IMG/VR virus record: IMGVR_UViG_3300035180_002574
Coordinates: 32,001-96,000 of that record
DNA length: 64,000 nucleotides
Direction: 5' to 3' (one strand)
Source of the DNA: a virus
The notes beneath the pieces are model-generated. The model had not been told where the DNA came from and made no database searches. It saw nothing but the letters and a program-made list of their open reading frames with translations. Made by a program: the position numbers and the translations under genes. Shown here one piece after another: positions 40,901 to 51,500 of this stretch (positions are counted from its first letter, which is position 1; every line of letters starts with the position of its first letter).

Positions 40901-42261
40901 TTTCTACGATCCACGACTCCACTTACCAATTTACCAAACGATGAGGACTTGGCTGCAATTTTTTCTTTAATCTTCTGTGCTGCAGATACCGTTTCATTGG
41001 TGCCCGTATCAATCTGAAGATTGAGATTTCTCTGCTCATCTTTACCCTTAACGGCTTGCATGTGCTCATGAGCATCTTTTTTTAACTGAGTTACTCGTGA
41101 TTCGGGCAATCCCAAACCAGTGAACAATGAATAAACCTTAACAACAGGATCAGGAATATCTATCGTATAGATTCCTTTAAAAACTCCTTTTGGAGTACCG
41201 CACTGATCATTGATCATAGCTAACGCATATGTAATACTAGAACTTGGAATTTTTGACCAAACTTCTTTATTTGCCGCGATAATGACACCAACATATTTGG
41301 ACTGCTTAAGATCAAAACCGCCAGCCAACAAGTTCCCATTTAGATTATTAACGACAGCCTCAGCAATGGCTGTGTCCTCTGCATAATTATCTACGGTTAA
41401 TTCTCCGTAAACTGTCAAGCCCTCGCCGTCGGTAAATAACTTACCCCATTCCATAGGATCTAATCCTTTGACAGATGATGGCATAGAGGACAATGTATTG
41501 AAAGAATCAATTGGATCAACAATTGCCTTATTAGCAATCCCATAAAATTCTACCTGGCTTACATTAGCATAAATAGCTTCAATCTTAGCATTGTCTACGA
41601 CAATAAGATTGTTAACCTTTTTTGTCTGAGTTAACTTAGCTAGCTTAGATAATGTTTCAAGAGCATTTGCTTTGGTTTGGGCGTCTTCCGTATCCATTGG
41701 AAGAACCGTGATAACAACCAATGGTTTGCCTTGCTCAGCAAGAAGGTCAACCAAAGTCTCACAAGATCCGGCTCCAGAGCCGCCTCCCAAGCTAAGACAA
41801 AGAACATTTACTTGTGCATTTGATAGCTTATCATTAACTAATTGTGCAATTTCTCCACGATGAGCTTCGGCAGCAGCTTTACCAATTTCAATTTCTTTGG
41901 CGGCGCCTCCCAAACCATATTCTAATAATAATTTGTTTGAATCTGGGACATCAATAAACTTCAAATCCTGCATAGCGGTATTGATGACTATCGAATCATA
42001 ACCTAACTTATAGAAGGTTTCTGCGATACGTGATCCAGCCTGACCAGACCCAACGACACCTAATGCTAGACTTCTTTCCTTCTTTGTTACGATTTTAGCT
42101 GACATATTGTTCTCCTGCTGTTTCGCCTGACTTTTTGCTTTTAATGCGGCAAGTTTGCTCAAATCAATTGAGTCTTCTGATTTTTTTACTTCTGAATTGG
42201 AAACATCATCCACTAATTCTTCTTTTGATTGATTTTCTTCTGTTACTGACGTTGCACCCAT
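40897..42261 (-). CDS. Tubulin/FtsZ-superfamily GTPase (PhuZ/TubZ/CetZ-like)
   Basis: GVVGSGQAGSRIA, INTAMQDL, signature LGGGSGAG, IVVDNAK, T7-like LDPME. Confidence 0.9.
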   Translation of the reverse strand: MGATSVTEENQSKEELVDDVSNSEVKKSEDSIDLSKLAALKAKSQAKQQENNMSAKIVTKKERSLALGVVGSGQAGSRIAETFYKLGYDSIVINTAMQDLKFIDVPDSNKLLLEYGLGGAAKEIEIGKAAAEAHRGEIAQLVNDKLSNAQVNVLCLSLGGGSGAGSCETLVDLLAEQGKPLVVITVLPMDTEDAQTKANALETLSKLAKLTQTKKVNNLIVVDNAKIEAIYANVSQVEFYGIANKAIVDPIDSFNTLSSMPSSVKGLDPMEWGKLFTDGEGLTVYGELTVDNYAEDTAIAEAVVNNLNGNLLAGGFDLKQSKYVGVIIAANKEVWSKIPSSSITYALAMINDQCGTPKGVFKGIYTIDIPDPVVKVYSLFTGLGLPESRVTQLKKDAHEHMQAVKGKDEQRNLNLQIDTGTNETVSAAQKIKEKIAAKSSSFGKLVSGVVDRRK

Positions 42262-42299
42262 TAAATTCTCCTAAATAAAAATTTTCTATTTATAATATA

Positions 42300-43253
42300 T
42301 CACTTTAAAAACCATTGATTTGCTAAATACCACGAAATACATTGCTCAATTCCATCTTTAAACTTATACTTTGGTTCCCACCCTAAAGATTTAATCTTTG
42401 AAGAATTGATACTATATCTGAAATCATGCCCCGGTCTATCTTTGACAAATTCAATTAAATCATGTCCTTTGCCCATTACATTACAGATCTTTTGAACAAC
42501 CTCTATATTTGTATATTCTTGATTTGCCGTAATATTATATGTTTGATTGTCTTCGCCTTTATTAAGGACCTCCAATATGCCGGAGCAATTATCAAATACA
42601 TGTGTCCAATCTCTAATCTGTAGCCCCTGACCGTAGATAGGTATCTTTTGATCGTTTAAAATGCATTTTATAATCTTGGGGATGAACTTCTCCATTGTTT
42701 GCCTTGGTCCATAATTATTGGATGACCTAGTAATGTTATAAGTTAGTCCATAACTTTGATGAGCTGCCTTTACCAATAATTCTCCGGCTGCTTTGGATGC
42801 CGAATAAGGATTTCTAGGATTAAGTGCGGACTCCTCAGACCAAGGAGGATCAGATTCCTTGGTTAATTGACCATATACTTCATCTGTAGATATGTAGATC
42901 AATCTCTCGACATTATGTTTAATGCAGGAATTGATTATTGTTTGCGTTCCTAGCACATTGGATGTGATAAATGAGTTCGGCTCTTGAAGGGAAGAGTCTA
43001 CAAAAGTTTCCGCCGCCCCATGAATAACAATGTTAGGTTGCTCAAATTTGAAAATCGTATCAATAATATGTTGATCTCGGATATCTGCCACATAGAATAT
43101 ATGACTTTTGTTTATGTAGAGAGAGTTTTTGAACTTAGGGTCCACCCTATCCACACTGACGAATTGGTATGGTTGTTTTTCATAAATAGCTTTTCTAATG
43201 AAATTTCCAAAAATAAAACCACAAGTGCCAGTTATTAAAACTTTCTTATTCAT
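42300..43253 (-). CDS. rmlB: dTDP-glucose 4,6-dehydratase
   Basis: VLITG..GFI, HGAAETFVD.S, ISTDEVYG, PYSASK, NNYGPRQ..EK.IP, RDW, DRPGHDFRY. Confidence 0.92.
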   Translation of the reverse strand: MNKKVLITGTCGFIFGNFIRKAIYEKQPYQFVSVDRVDPKFKNSLYINKSHIFYVADIRDQHIIDTIFKFEQPNIVIHGAAETFVDSSLQEPNSFITSNVLGTQTIINSCIKHNVERLIYISTDEVYGQLTKESDPPWSEESALNPRNPYSASKAAGELLVKAAHQSYGLTYNITRSSNNYGPRQTMEKFIPKIIKCILNDQKIPIYGQGLQIRDWTHVFDNCSGILEVLNKGEDNQTYNITANQEYTNIEVVQKICNVMGKGHDLIEFVKDRPGHDFRYSINSSKIKSLGWEPKYKFKDGIEQCISWYLANQWFLK

Positions 43254-43255
43254 TA

Positions 43256-43526
43256 TCATCCATTCAATGCATTCCAAAATGTGACTAAAATCTCTCTAGA
43301 CTCTTCTTCACTTATTTTTGAAAATCTAGGGATCTTGTTTCCGTCCAGTTCTACCTCATCTAAGAACATAGATGAGGGGCGCACCCAATAGGCGCATGCT
43401 CCCCAATTGTCATCCACATATAACGCCCTATACATGACCATGTTGTCAAGATTTTCTGAGTGTTTTTGCAATACCCAATACCATATATAAATTACCTGTA
43501 TAGTGGCGATAAACTCCTTGAGTCAT
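43256..43526 (-). pseudogene. DUF1653-family gene with a +1 frameshift
   Basis: MTQGVYRHYTGNLYMVLGIAK | HSENLDNMVMYRALY..WVRPSSMF; one extra A in the A5 run at 43463-43467. Confidence 0.8.
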
Positions 43527-43529
43527 TTA

Positions 43530-44357
43530 TTATTCCTTGTATAAATTGTATTTGGTGCTAGTTTCATATAGCTCCCTATCAAGAACTGCTTTATTTGTCC
43601 ATTTATCTCTTAAGAGAGTAAGGTTGTGATTCATAAATAATTTATTGGCGGGATTCTTTTTAAGAGAGGCGCTTTCTTCATGAAAGATATTAGTTTTTCC
43701 ACAATATACAATTTTCTTTTTAAGATTATGCTTAATGGATAAACAAAAATCTACATCATCAAATGCCCAATGAAACTTTTCATCCATTCCATGGATTCCG
43801 GACTTATTTGTCGTACAAACTTCTTTGAAATATCCGGCTCTAGTTAAAAGAACAGCTCCAGTTACTACCTGAAATTCCCTATTTTTTTCTGCATTGCTAT
43901 CAGACTTTTCATTAAGCCTATAGTGAATAGGGGCATTATATCTAGAATCAAATACTACTCCAGCGTGTTGTAGTTTATCAGTTCCAGTAAACAACAGACG
44001 GGCGCCAACCGCTCCCACCGCCGAATCACTTTCTAAAATCTTTTTCATGGAATGAATTGATTTTGTATCATTTATAATGATATCATTATTCAATAACATT
44101 ATCATATCATCATCTTTAGGATTTGCTTCTTTGAAGAGGAAGTTTACTCCTTCTGAAAAGTTTTGAGAATTATTATGGTAAGGAATAACCTTGATGTTTT
44201 CTTTCCATTGAGACGCCATTTCTAGAGTATTATCTCTAGAGGCATTATCCTTGATAAGCCAAGTATAATCCAAATCATGCAAAGCCGGAATAAGAGATTC
44301 TTTTAATTTAGATAGTTTCTCTGCGCCATTCCAGGTTAGGGTTAATAGATAAAGCAT
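43530..44357 (-). CDS. GT2 glycosyltransferase (WbbL/RfbF-like rhamnosyltransferase group)
   Basis: KDNASRD, NFSEGVN, LLNNDI, QHAGV, VTGAVLL, FDDVDFCL. Confidence 0.88.
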   Translation of the reverse strand: MLYLLTLTWNGAEKLSKLKESLIPALHDLDYTWLIKDNASRDNTLEMASQWKENIKVIPYHNNSQNFSEGVNFLFKEANPKDDDMIMLLNNDIIINDTKSIHSMKKILESDSAVGAVGARLLFTGTDKLQHAGVVFDSRYNAPIHYRLNEKSDSNAEKNREFQVVTGAVLLTRAGYFKEVCTTNKSGIHGMDEKFHWAFDDVDFCLSIKHNLKKKIVYCGKTNIFHEESASLKKNPANKLFMNHNLTLLRDKWTNKAVLDRELYETSTKYNLYKE

Positions 44358-44376
44358 TTTGTCAGCCTTTTAATTG

Positions 44377-45381
44377 TTATAAACCTACTTTTATAGTTGC
44401 CATTACTGCCACTTCGCCACCAGTACCTACCTGAATAGATGGACCAATATATAAGTTGTTCATGAGTGGAATGTGTTTACCTACGTTATACGCAAAAGGA
44501 GTGAATGAAAACTGTGGGGTTTTACTAACCATACCATAACCAACGCCCAATTCTAAAACAGAAAAATCTGGTTGTTTTTTGAACTGTCCGTAACTCATAA
44601 TTCCTACGCTAATATTTGGAGTAAATTCAGCGTGAAGTGGTGAGGTAAGCGAAACTCCCGCATCTATTCCCATAAATAATCTCGGATTCCACCAAGACCA
44701 TTTTGGTTCTGGATACTCTTGTTTTGTTTCTGCCTTTGAAATAGGCACCACATAGGTTTTACCATCAACTGTGACGGTAAACTTATTGTAGAAATAAGTT
44801 CTTTGGTTCTCGTCCGTACCAACAACTGATGAGACCGAATATTCTCTTGCTTTAATATCTATATTCCAAGGGTCCTTTTGCCAGGCTGAAAAACCTACAG
44901 AACCAATTGGTACTTTTTGATCTCCGAACTTTTCGTTCAAAGATAGATTCTGTTGCGCTTTTAAATATCCATAAGGATCAACATTAGGGCATACCGTTCC
45001 GTCTGGACATACTGGATCTGGTTGTGGATTTGGGTTAACAGGTCCAGTATTGGTGGTTGGAATATGGTTTCCAATTTGAGGATTACTTATAACGGTTACA
45101 ACATTAACCGCCGCAACCTCTGCATGAAGTTTTTTTAAATCATCCTGAATAACTTTAATATTTACGCCATTATCTTTAATGAACTGATCGATGTCTTTTT
45201 TTGTAGCGTATTCATTTTGACTGCGAACTATACCGTCAGCCAACTGTTTTTGTGCAACTACATGAGTCTCTATTGCTTGTTGGCGATTAGCAATTTCTAT
45301 TTGTTTGTAAATAATAAATGACAATAATCCAACAATTAACATTGTTCCTAAAGCAATTAGGATTTTATTTCTAAGAGACAT
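44377..45381 (-). CDS. N-terminally membrane-anchored protein with a beta-strand-rich C-terminus
   Basis: TM helix ILIALGTMLIVGLLSFII, coiled region, Pro/Cys linker, amphipathic Gly-rich strands ending IKVGL. Confidence 0.65.
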   Translation of the reverse strand: MSLRNKILIALGTMLIVGLLSFIIYKQIEIANRQQAIETHVVAQKQLADGIVRSQNEYATKKDIDQFIKDNGVNIKVIQDDLKKLHAEVAAVNVVTVISNPQIGNHIPTTNTGPVNPNPQPDPVCPDGTVCPNVDPYGYLKAQQNLSLNEKFGDQKVPIGSVGFSAWQKDPWNIDIKAREYSVSSVVGTDENQRTYFYNKFTVTVDGKTYVVPISKAETKQEYPEPKWSWWNPRLFMGIDAGVSLTSPLHAEFTPNISVGIMSYGQFKKQPDFSVLELGVGYGMVSKTPQFSFTPFAYNVGKHIPLMNNLYIGPSIQVGTGGEVAVMATIKVGL

Positions 45382-45395
45382 TTTTGTACGCTTTC

Positions 45396-46226
45396 TTACA
45401 CTTGCAAAGCAGGGCACCAATGAATTGTTCTGCCTTCGGGAGTAGTTTCTGATTTAATTTTGTTTCCTAGTGGATCAATCTTTTTCCCATAGACTTTGAA
45501 TTGGCTAGAATATTTGCCTTCTGCGCCATAAGCAGTCTTATAGGTTTGAATTGTGGCTCCCTGGTAATTATATGACTCATGCATTACATTTTTGATGGAC
45601 TCACATATTAAATCTATTTCAGATGATGATAAAGAGCTGCACGATCGCCACGGAGAAACCTTTGCTTGATATAACGCTTCGGCTCGAATGTAGTTACCTG
45701 TGCCTGAAAAAATATTCTGATCCAATAAAACCTGACCAATTGGCTTGTTAGATTTTGAGAGAGTTCTCTTTATCCATTTTTCATAATCTGTATATGAATC
45801 TCGAAATGGATCCCAACCCAACTCACTTATCTTGTCTAATAATTTATTTTGTCCTTTAACGAATTTAATAGTTCCAAAATGTCTGGGATCATTAAAGAAT
45901 AATGATTTTATTTCTTTATCATCTTCATAAAAGACTTCCAGGCAGGGATGTTTCCCCTCGGTGGGGGACCATTGACCAGTCATACCAAAGGTACAGTACA
46001 TATACCAATCATTATCAAATGACCAATACATAAATTTACCATGAGTTGAAATATCTTTCACTATAACTGGACCAGCCGATACTTCTTTCAGAAAATATTG
46101 AAGACCAATAATTGGATCATGAGCATATCGAGAATTTGGTGCGGCATGAGCCGTAATCATTCGCTTCCCTTTAATCAAAGGGAAAATCAAAGCCGCACTT
46201 AATCTTACTTCGGGACCTTCGGGCAT
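45396..46226 (-). CDS. Fpg/Nei-family DNA glycosylase/AP lyase with a zincless finger
   Basis: MPEGPEV, HGKFM, FGMTG, DPRHFG, LLDQ..SGTGNYIRAEAL, GRTIHWCP; no four-Cys finger. Confidence 0.92.
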   Translation of the reverse strand: MPEGPEVRLSAALIFPLIKGKRMITAHAAPNSRYAHDPIIGLQYFLKEVSAGPVIVKDISTHGKFMYWSFDNDWYMYCTFGMTGQWSPTEGKHPCLEVFYEDDKEIKSLFFNDPRHFGTIKFVKGQNKLLDKISELGWDPFRDSYTDYEKWIKRTLSKSNKPIGQVLLDQNIFSGTGNYIRAEALYQAKVSPWRSCSSLSSSEIDLICESIKNVMHESYNYQGATIQTYKTAYGAEGKYSSQFKVYGKKIDPLGNKIKSETTPEGRTIHWCPALQV

Positions 46227-46240
46227 TTTGCAATACACTC

Positions 46241-46576
46241 CTATATGAAAGCAATTAATTTATGCATTTTTAATAAGAAGTCGTCAATAAAATCTTGAGC
46301 TTCTTGAATTGATTTAAAGCTCAGCGGTTTATCATCCACCATCAATGGGGAGCATTTCCCCCAAAATGGCTTAACCATAAACTCCAGCTCGCCAACAAAA
46401 TATACTTGAAATACTTAATTTTTCCAATAATCAGTTCGTATTAATCTTACACCCGACCTAACGCCACCATACAAATAATTCTCGTGATTTTCTCCAGACA
46501 AATCACCGTACCACTCATCTCTATATCCTTATAGAGGTGGCTTCGCGTTTCCATTCAGCGAGTGTAAATTTTCCAA
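46241..46576 (-). pseudogene. Possible decayed ORF (112 codons, two internal TAA)
   Basis: One frame spans the whole 336-nt gap, with TAA at 46529-46531 and 46415-46417. Confidence 0.35.
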
Positions 46577-46579
46577 TTG

Positions 46580-47317
46580 TTATTTCTTTTGCCATTTGTT
46601 TACAAAAATCTGTCTAGCCCGCTTATACAATTGATAAGTGTTCAACTGTTGACTGGTTTGTTTTCCAAAATGGACAACCGGAATATCCACCACCTGCATG
46701 GGAATTTGTAATTCGCGTGCCCTGAATGATAGATCAGTATCTTCAAAATACGCCAACCCAAACTCTTCAGAGAAAATTTGTGGCGGAGGCGTATAATCAT
46801 GAATCAAAAGAGGATTTCTTGGAATTTCTAATTTACTCCAAACATCTTTAGAAGCTGCCAAGCACCATCCCGACATATAGGATTTTCCATCAAGCACTTT
46901 ATTGGCTTCTTGAACGAAATTCAAATCTTTATCTAATTGACCCATGGTTGGTCCGACCAACCCATTCCCACACTTTTCAATCAATTTTTGAGTCCACGTT
47001 GTGTGGTCTGCGCGCACGCGAATATCGTTATTCAAAAATAATACATTAGGCGCACTAGCTAAAGCGTAACCCTCGTTACACGCCACGGCAAATCCTTGAT
47101 TTGCTGGAAGTCTATGATAGACGATTGCCTCGTTATCATGAAGATTTTCTTGTGTTACGTCTATGCTTCCATTATCAACTACAATGATCTCATGATTTTT
47201 AGGAAGTTTGAATAGGTCAGTTAAGCAGGCTTTGGTAAAATTCCATTTATTGAATACTGGAATCACGATAGATAATACTGGGTTCTGACGCATAGCCATA
47301 TCTGTAATATGCTTCAT
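46580..47317 (-). CDS. GT2 glycosyltransferase
   Basis: SIVIPVFN, VVDNGS, NQGFA.ACN.G, FLNND, FEDTDLS. Confidence 0.9.
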   Translation of the reverse strand: MKHITDMAMRQNPVLSIVIPVFNKWNFTKACLTDLFKLPKNHEIIVVDNGSIDVTQENLHDNEAIVYHRLPANQGFAVACNEGYALASAPNVLFLNNDIRVRADHTTWTQKLIEKCGNGLVGPTMGQLDKDLNFVQEANKVLDGKSYMSGWCLAASKDVWSKLEIPRNPLLIHDYTPPPQIFSEEFGLAYFEDTDLSFRARELQIPMQVVDIPVVHFGKQTSQQLNTYQLYKRARQIFVNKWQKK

Positions 47318-48460
47318 TTATTTACATAGTCCCACAAATTGTTCAGCCACTTTTCTCCAGGTAAAATTGGGAAGAAGTTCTTGCATTTTTGGAGAAAATT
47401 TTTTGTGATAATCGCCATAATTCTGAATTAAATCTTTCAGCTTGGTGGCAGCCTCGTCTACATAAGGATCATACGCGCGCGCGTAGGGAGACGGCTCCCA
47501 ATATTGCATTTTCAAATCGGCTCGAATCTCTTTGCCGCCAATCAATATTGAGTTGTCATCATTCATGTATTCTAATTGACCGCCATAACGAGGAGCAACT
47601 ACCACCTTATTGGCGGCGAAGCCCTCTAATCCTGGCATCCAGAAACACTCGGCGTGTGCCATAGTATAAACCACGTCGCATGCGTTGTAAAGGGGCTCGA
47701 TGTCCGTAATAAATTGGTCCAGAATTTCTACGTCTGCGTGATTTTTAAATTTTGCCTCCCATTTGTTAAAAATTTCTCCGAATGGGATATTGAATTGCGA
47801 GTTGGGTCCTTTCTTAGATATTTTAAGAACCAAACAAACATCATCTTTTTTTGTAAAAGCTTTACCGTAAGCTTCCAATAAACCAGGAATGTTTTTTCGC
47901 AAATGCGGCTGCGCAATATTGGCTAATATTTTATATTTTTTTGTTGTTTTTAGTGGATATTTTCCAAGATTTTGAAATCTATCTAAATGAATTCCGTGAG
48001 GAATTACTATTTGCCGATCTTCTGGAATTCCGTTTTCCACAAATATATTTTTAGAAAACTGAGAGGAAGGAACCACTTTATCTATAGAAAAAGCAGCTTT
48101 AGCAAAACCCTTCGGTAAAACTGTTGTTTCATAATTCCAAATACCAAATCTATTATTGTTACCTCGAATAAAATAATTAGGGAAATTTACCATGGCAGTA
48201 TATGATAATTGCATATCATAAGTTGATGATAGTTTAGAGGTAATTCTGTCCTGGAAAAACTTAGGCGTCATTGCCCTAAAATCTTCTTCTTCAGCGAACC
48301 CTCTCAAGTTTGCTTTAAGATCTTCCGGAAAATGAGTAATACCATTAGTAGAAAATAAATCCACATCATGACCCATATGGATTAATTCTCTGGAAATATT
48401 TTGAGCAACCACGCTCCACGAATGATTTTTGCCTAAAAATCCAAACCAACAAATTTTCAT
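47318..48460 (-). CDS. GT4 (GT-B fold) glycosyltransferase
   Basis: YETTVLP, VIPHG, RKNIPGLL.AY, LYNACD, ECFWMPGLE (EGFGLP-like). Confidence 0.88.
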   Translation of the reverse strand: MKICWFGFLGKNHSWSVVAQNISRELIHMGHDVDLFSTNGITHFPEDLKANLRGFAEEEDFRAMTPKFFQDRITSKLSSTYDMQLSYTAMVNFPNYFIRGNNNRFGIWNYETTVLPKGFAKAAFSIDKVVPSSQFSKNIFVENGIPEDRQIVIPHGIHLDRFQNLGKYPLKTTKKYKILANIAQPHLRKNIPGLLEAYGKAFTKKDDVCLVLKISKKGPNSQFNIPFGEIFNKWEAKFKNHADVEILDQFITDIEPLYNACDVVYTMAHAECFWMPGLEGFAANKVVVAPRYGGQLEYMNDDNSILIGGKEIRADLKMQYWEPSPYARAYDPYVDEAATKLKDLIQNYGDYHKKFSPKMQELLPNFTWRKVAEQFVGLCK

Positions 48461-48510
48461 ATATACCTGCCCAACGTTAGTTATAACAACGGGCGGGATT
48501 TCGTATTGTA

Positions 48511-51500
48511 TTAATTTGCGTAATGAACGGTTAGTCTTGCCATCTTACATACGGCGGTACTTGCCACATTTGCCGTGCTTAATATAACTTCATAAATATG
48601 ACCAGAAGTTAATTGTGAGTATAAATTAAGAGACTGAACAAATGTTGGGGAAGTATTTGTTGTGCTTAATATGGTGCTTGGACCGGCACTTAAATTCAAA
48701 TATGAGGCAGATGTAATATCATATAATTGTATTTGCGCCGCGTTAGCTCCCGTAGTCTCTAGGATAACTTCGAGAACAATAGAAGAAACTTGAGTATTAA
48801 TTATGTTGGATGTATCATAAATTAAAGCTCCAATTGTTGTTGGAACGGCAAATGATTCATTAAATACACCGGCAGCCCCGTAAATATATAATGGATTCTT
48901 ATATGTAAACGAAGAGTCTAACTTGCCAGAAGCATTCGTTTTAATAACTTTATCAGCGTCTGCAGCTCCAGTTGTATGATTTATTGCAAAGAAAATATCC
49001 GCAGCAAATTGATAACTTAAACTACTTCCATTGCTTGTTAATACAGTCCCAGTTGGTCCGACTTTATTTAATCCAGTTCCGCCATGAACAATAGGTAATA
49101 CCCCAGTAATATCTCCGCCCAAATCGACTAATGCGGATGGTCCGCCTACAGCCGCCCCACTAAATACGCTGATTAACTCTAGCATATTCTGTACTTTTGT
49201 AGAATCAACAAACAATGGTTGGTTGTTAAATCCGCCTTTTTTCAAGAAAATATTGATTTGTAATTTAGTACTTAATGTTGGGTGAACTGCGTCTTGGAAT
49301 AAATTAGTAAAATTAAGTGTTAGCAATCCGGTTGCATAATCAACGGATACTCCCATTTTCCCATCAACAATGGCGCCGTAATAACCATCAGGACTTAACC
49401 CATTTGTGTTTGGAGAAAATGACTGTACAGAAACTGAGAACCTGACCTGATCTTTTGCTAAAGCATCTGTTGTTACTAGTGAACAATCAGCAAATTTCAT
49501 TGCTGGGAAGCCAAGTTTAGTTAATCCGGTAAGTAAACCACTTCCATCTAATGTTGAAGCAATGAAATCTTCGACAACATTAAGTGTCTTTTCAGTTCCA
49601 TAAAAACCATCCGGGATTTCTAAGACTATTGTTCCAACCTCAAAGTCTACCTTGTAAAAAGATCCATCTTGTCTTTGAAGTTCGCCACCATCTCCTATTA
49701 TTAGATTATCTGGGATGTAATAATTTGTACGCCCCTTATCAAAAGCTGGCTTGGTGGGGTAAAAATTACATATAATACCATCTAAACTGCAAGAATTTTT
49801 TACAAATCCAGATGGAGAACTAAAAATGGATGGGACTAATTTTGGATTAGAGTTACTTACAACCAAATAATCATTCCATGATAATTGTTTTTCAATTAAA
49901 ATAGGAACAGGAGACGTATAAAAATCATGGCTTACAAAATATCCATCTGCCAAGAAGATGTCTGGACTGGTATGTAATCCAGCAGATCTGCCCGTACCAA
50001 GAGAAGTATAATCATCTACTCTGTCTATGAACTTCTCTAATGTAAATCTAACTACTTGAAACTTCGTGCCTATCTTAGTATATGGGTTCGTAGAAGGGGC
50101 GGGATATGTTGTGCCTGGTGAGCTAGAGAATGGAACTCTTTTTATGTACTCGTTTAATAAATAACCATCATTATACGTAATATGGAAATCGCCATCAATA
50201 TCGGCTCTCAACATTTGATTGAATGTCTCGCCATTTAGATAAACTTTTCTAAGAGTGATGACGCCAGAAAGCAGATCGCTAGAAATGATATCAAATCCAC
50301 CAAAATTTTCTACTGGAAGTGGAGTTAAGATAACTAACTTCAATGTACCAAGACCAATAATAGTGCTAAAATCTACTGAAGCACTGGTGAACTGACCTAA
50401 TCTTGGATTGTTTGGATTAGCAATTAAAATACCATCTGTGCCTTGAGCCCAAATAAGATTAGTAGCAGGATCTACGACCTGAAATCTGACAGAATAACTA
50501 TTAACAAATGGTTTTGTATAGGTAGAATATCCGTTAATAAAAGTAGTGGTACTATAACCGTCCGTAGTTACCGAACTATCAAGAGGCAGACCTTTATTTA
50601 AGTCATATCCAATATAAGTATTTAATAGATCAAGATCGGTCGTATCAATGATGCCGTCGCCATTAACATCACCAACAATCATAGAGCAAAGTCTAGCGTC
50701 CGCTATTCTATAAAAAACAGATATATTATTTGCATCTGGATAAATCTTAGCACCTACAAACTCGCCATTCAACAAATGAGAGGCAAGACTATTAACTGAT
50801 GTATCAAATCTTCCGACGTCTGTTGGGTCATCCACTAATCTAATGACCATTTCATTATCAACAATGGTGGCACTATATAATTTCGCCGTTATTTGAGCCG
50901 AAATTGAATCAAAAAACTTAATATTCTGATCTGAAATAGCCCCAATTAATAGTGGGTCTGAGGCTTTTTGAAGATTTGTAATATCAAGGGCGTTTAATAA
51001 AGATATCTGTGGCTCGGATTGTTTTATGGAATAAACATTTTCACCAGTGCGCTGATCTGGTATTAATCCGCTTTCTTGAGTAATTGCTGCAACTACGCCT
51101 CTAAAAACGTCGTTTCCATAGAATGATATGTTTCGAACACAATTGTCAATGTTGCTTTGAGTTGAAGTATCTTCAACTATCTTTGGAATAGTAACACCAA
51201 CTCCTGCGTCATAGGCTTGCCCGTCAGTTACCTTGGCGGCGTCTGTATAAATTCTAAACCATAAATCTTCATCTGGTAAATCTACCCACAGAGATCCTGT
51301 GAAAGTAGTTATTCTGGAATTAGATACTCTATCATTTCCAACCGCCAATAAGATATCACTTTTGTTAGCTGAACCAGAACGCTTAACACAAATAGCATAA
51401 TAATTACCAACTGTGAGACCACTCTTGCCAGCTATTGGACTATTACTAAATACAAAATCAATTGGCTGAGGAACAGAATCTAAAACTAATCCAGAAGATA

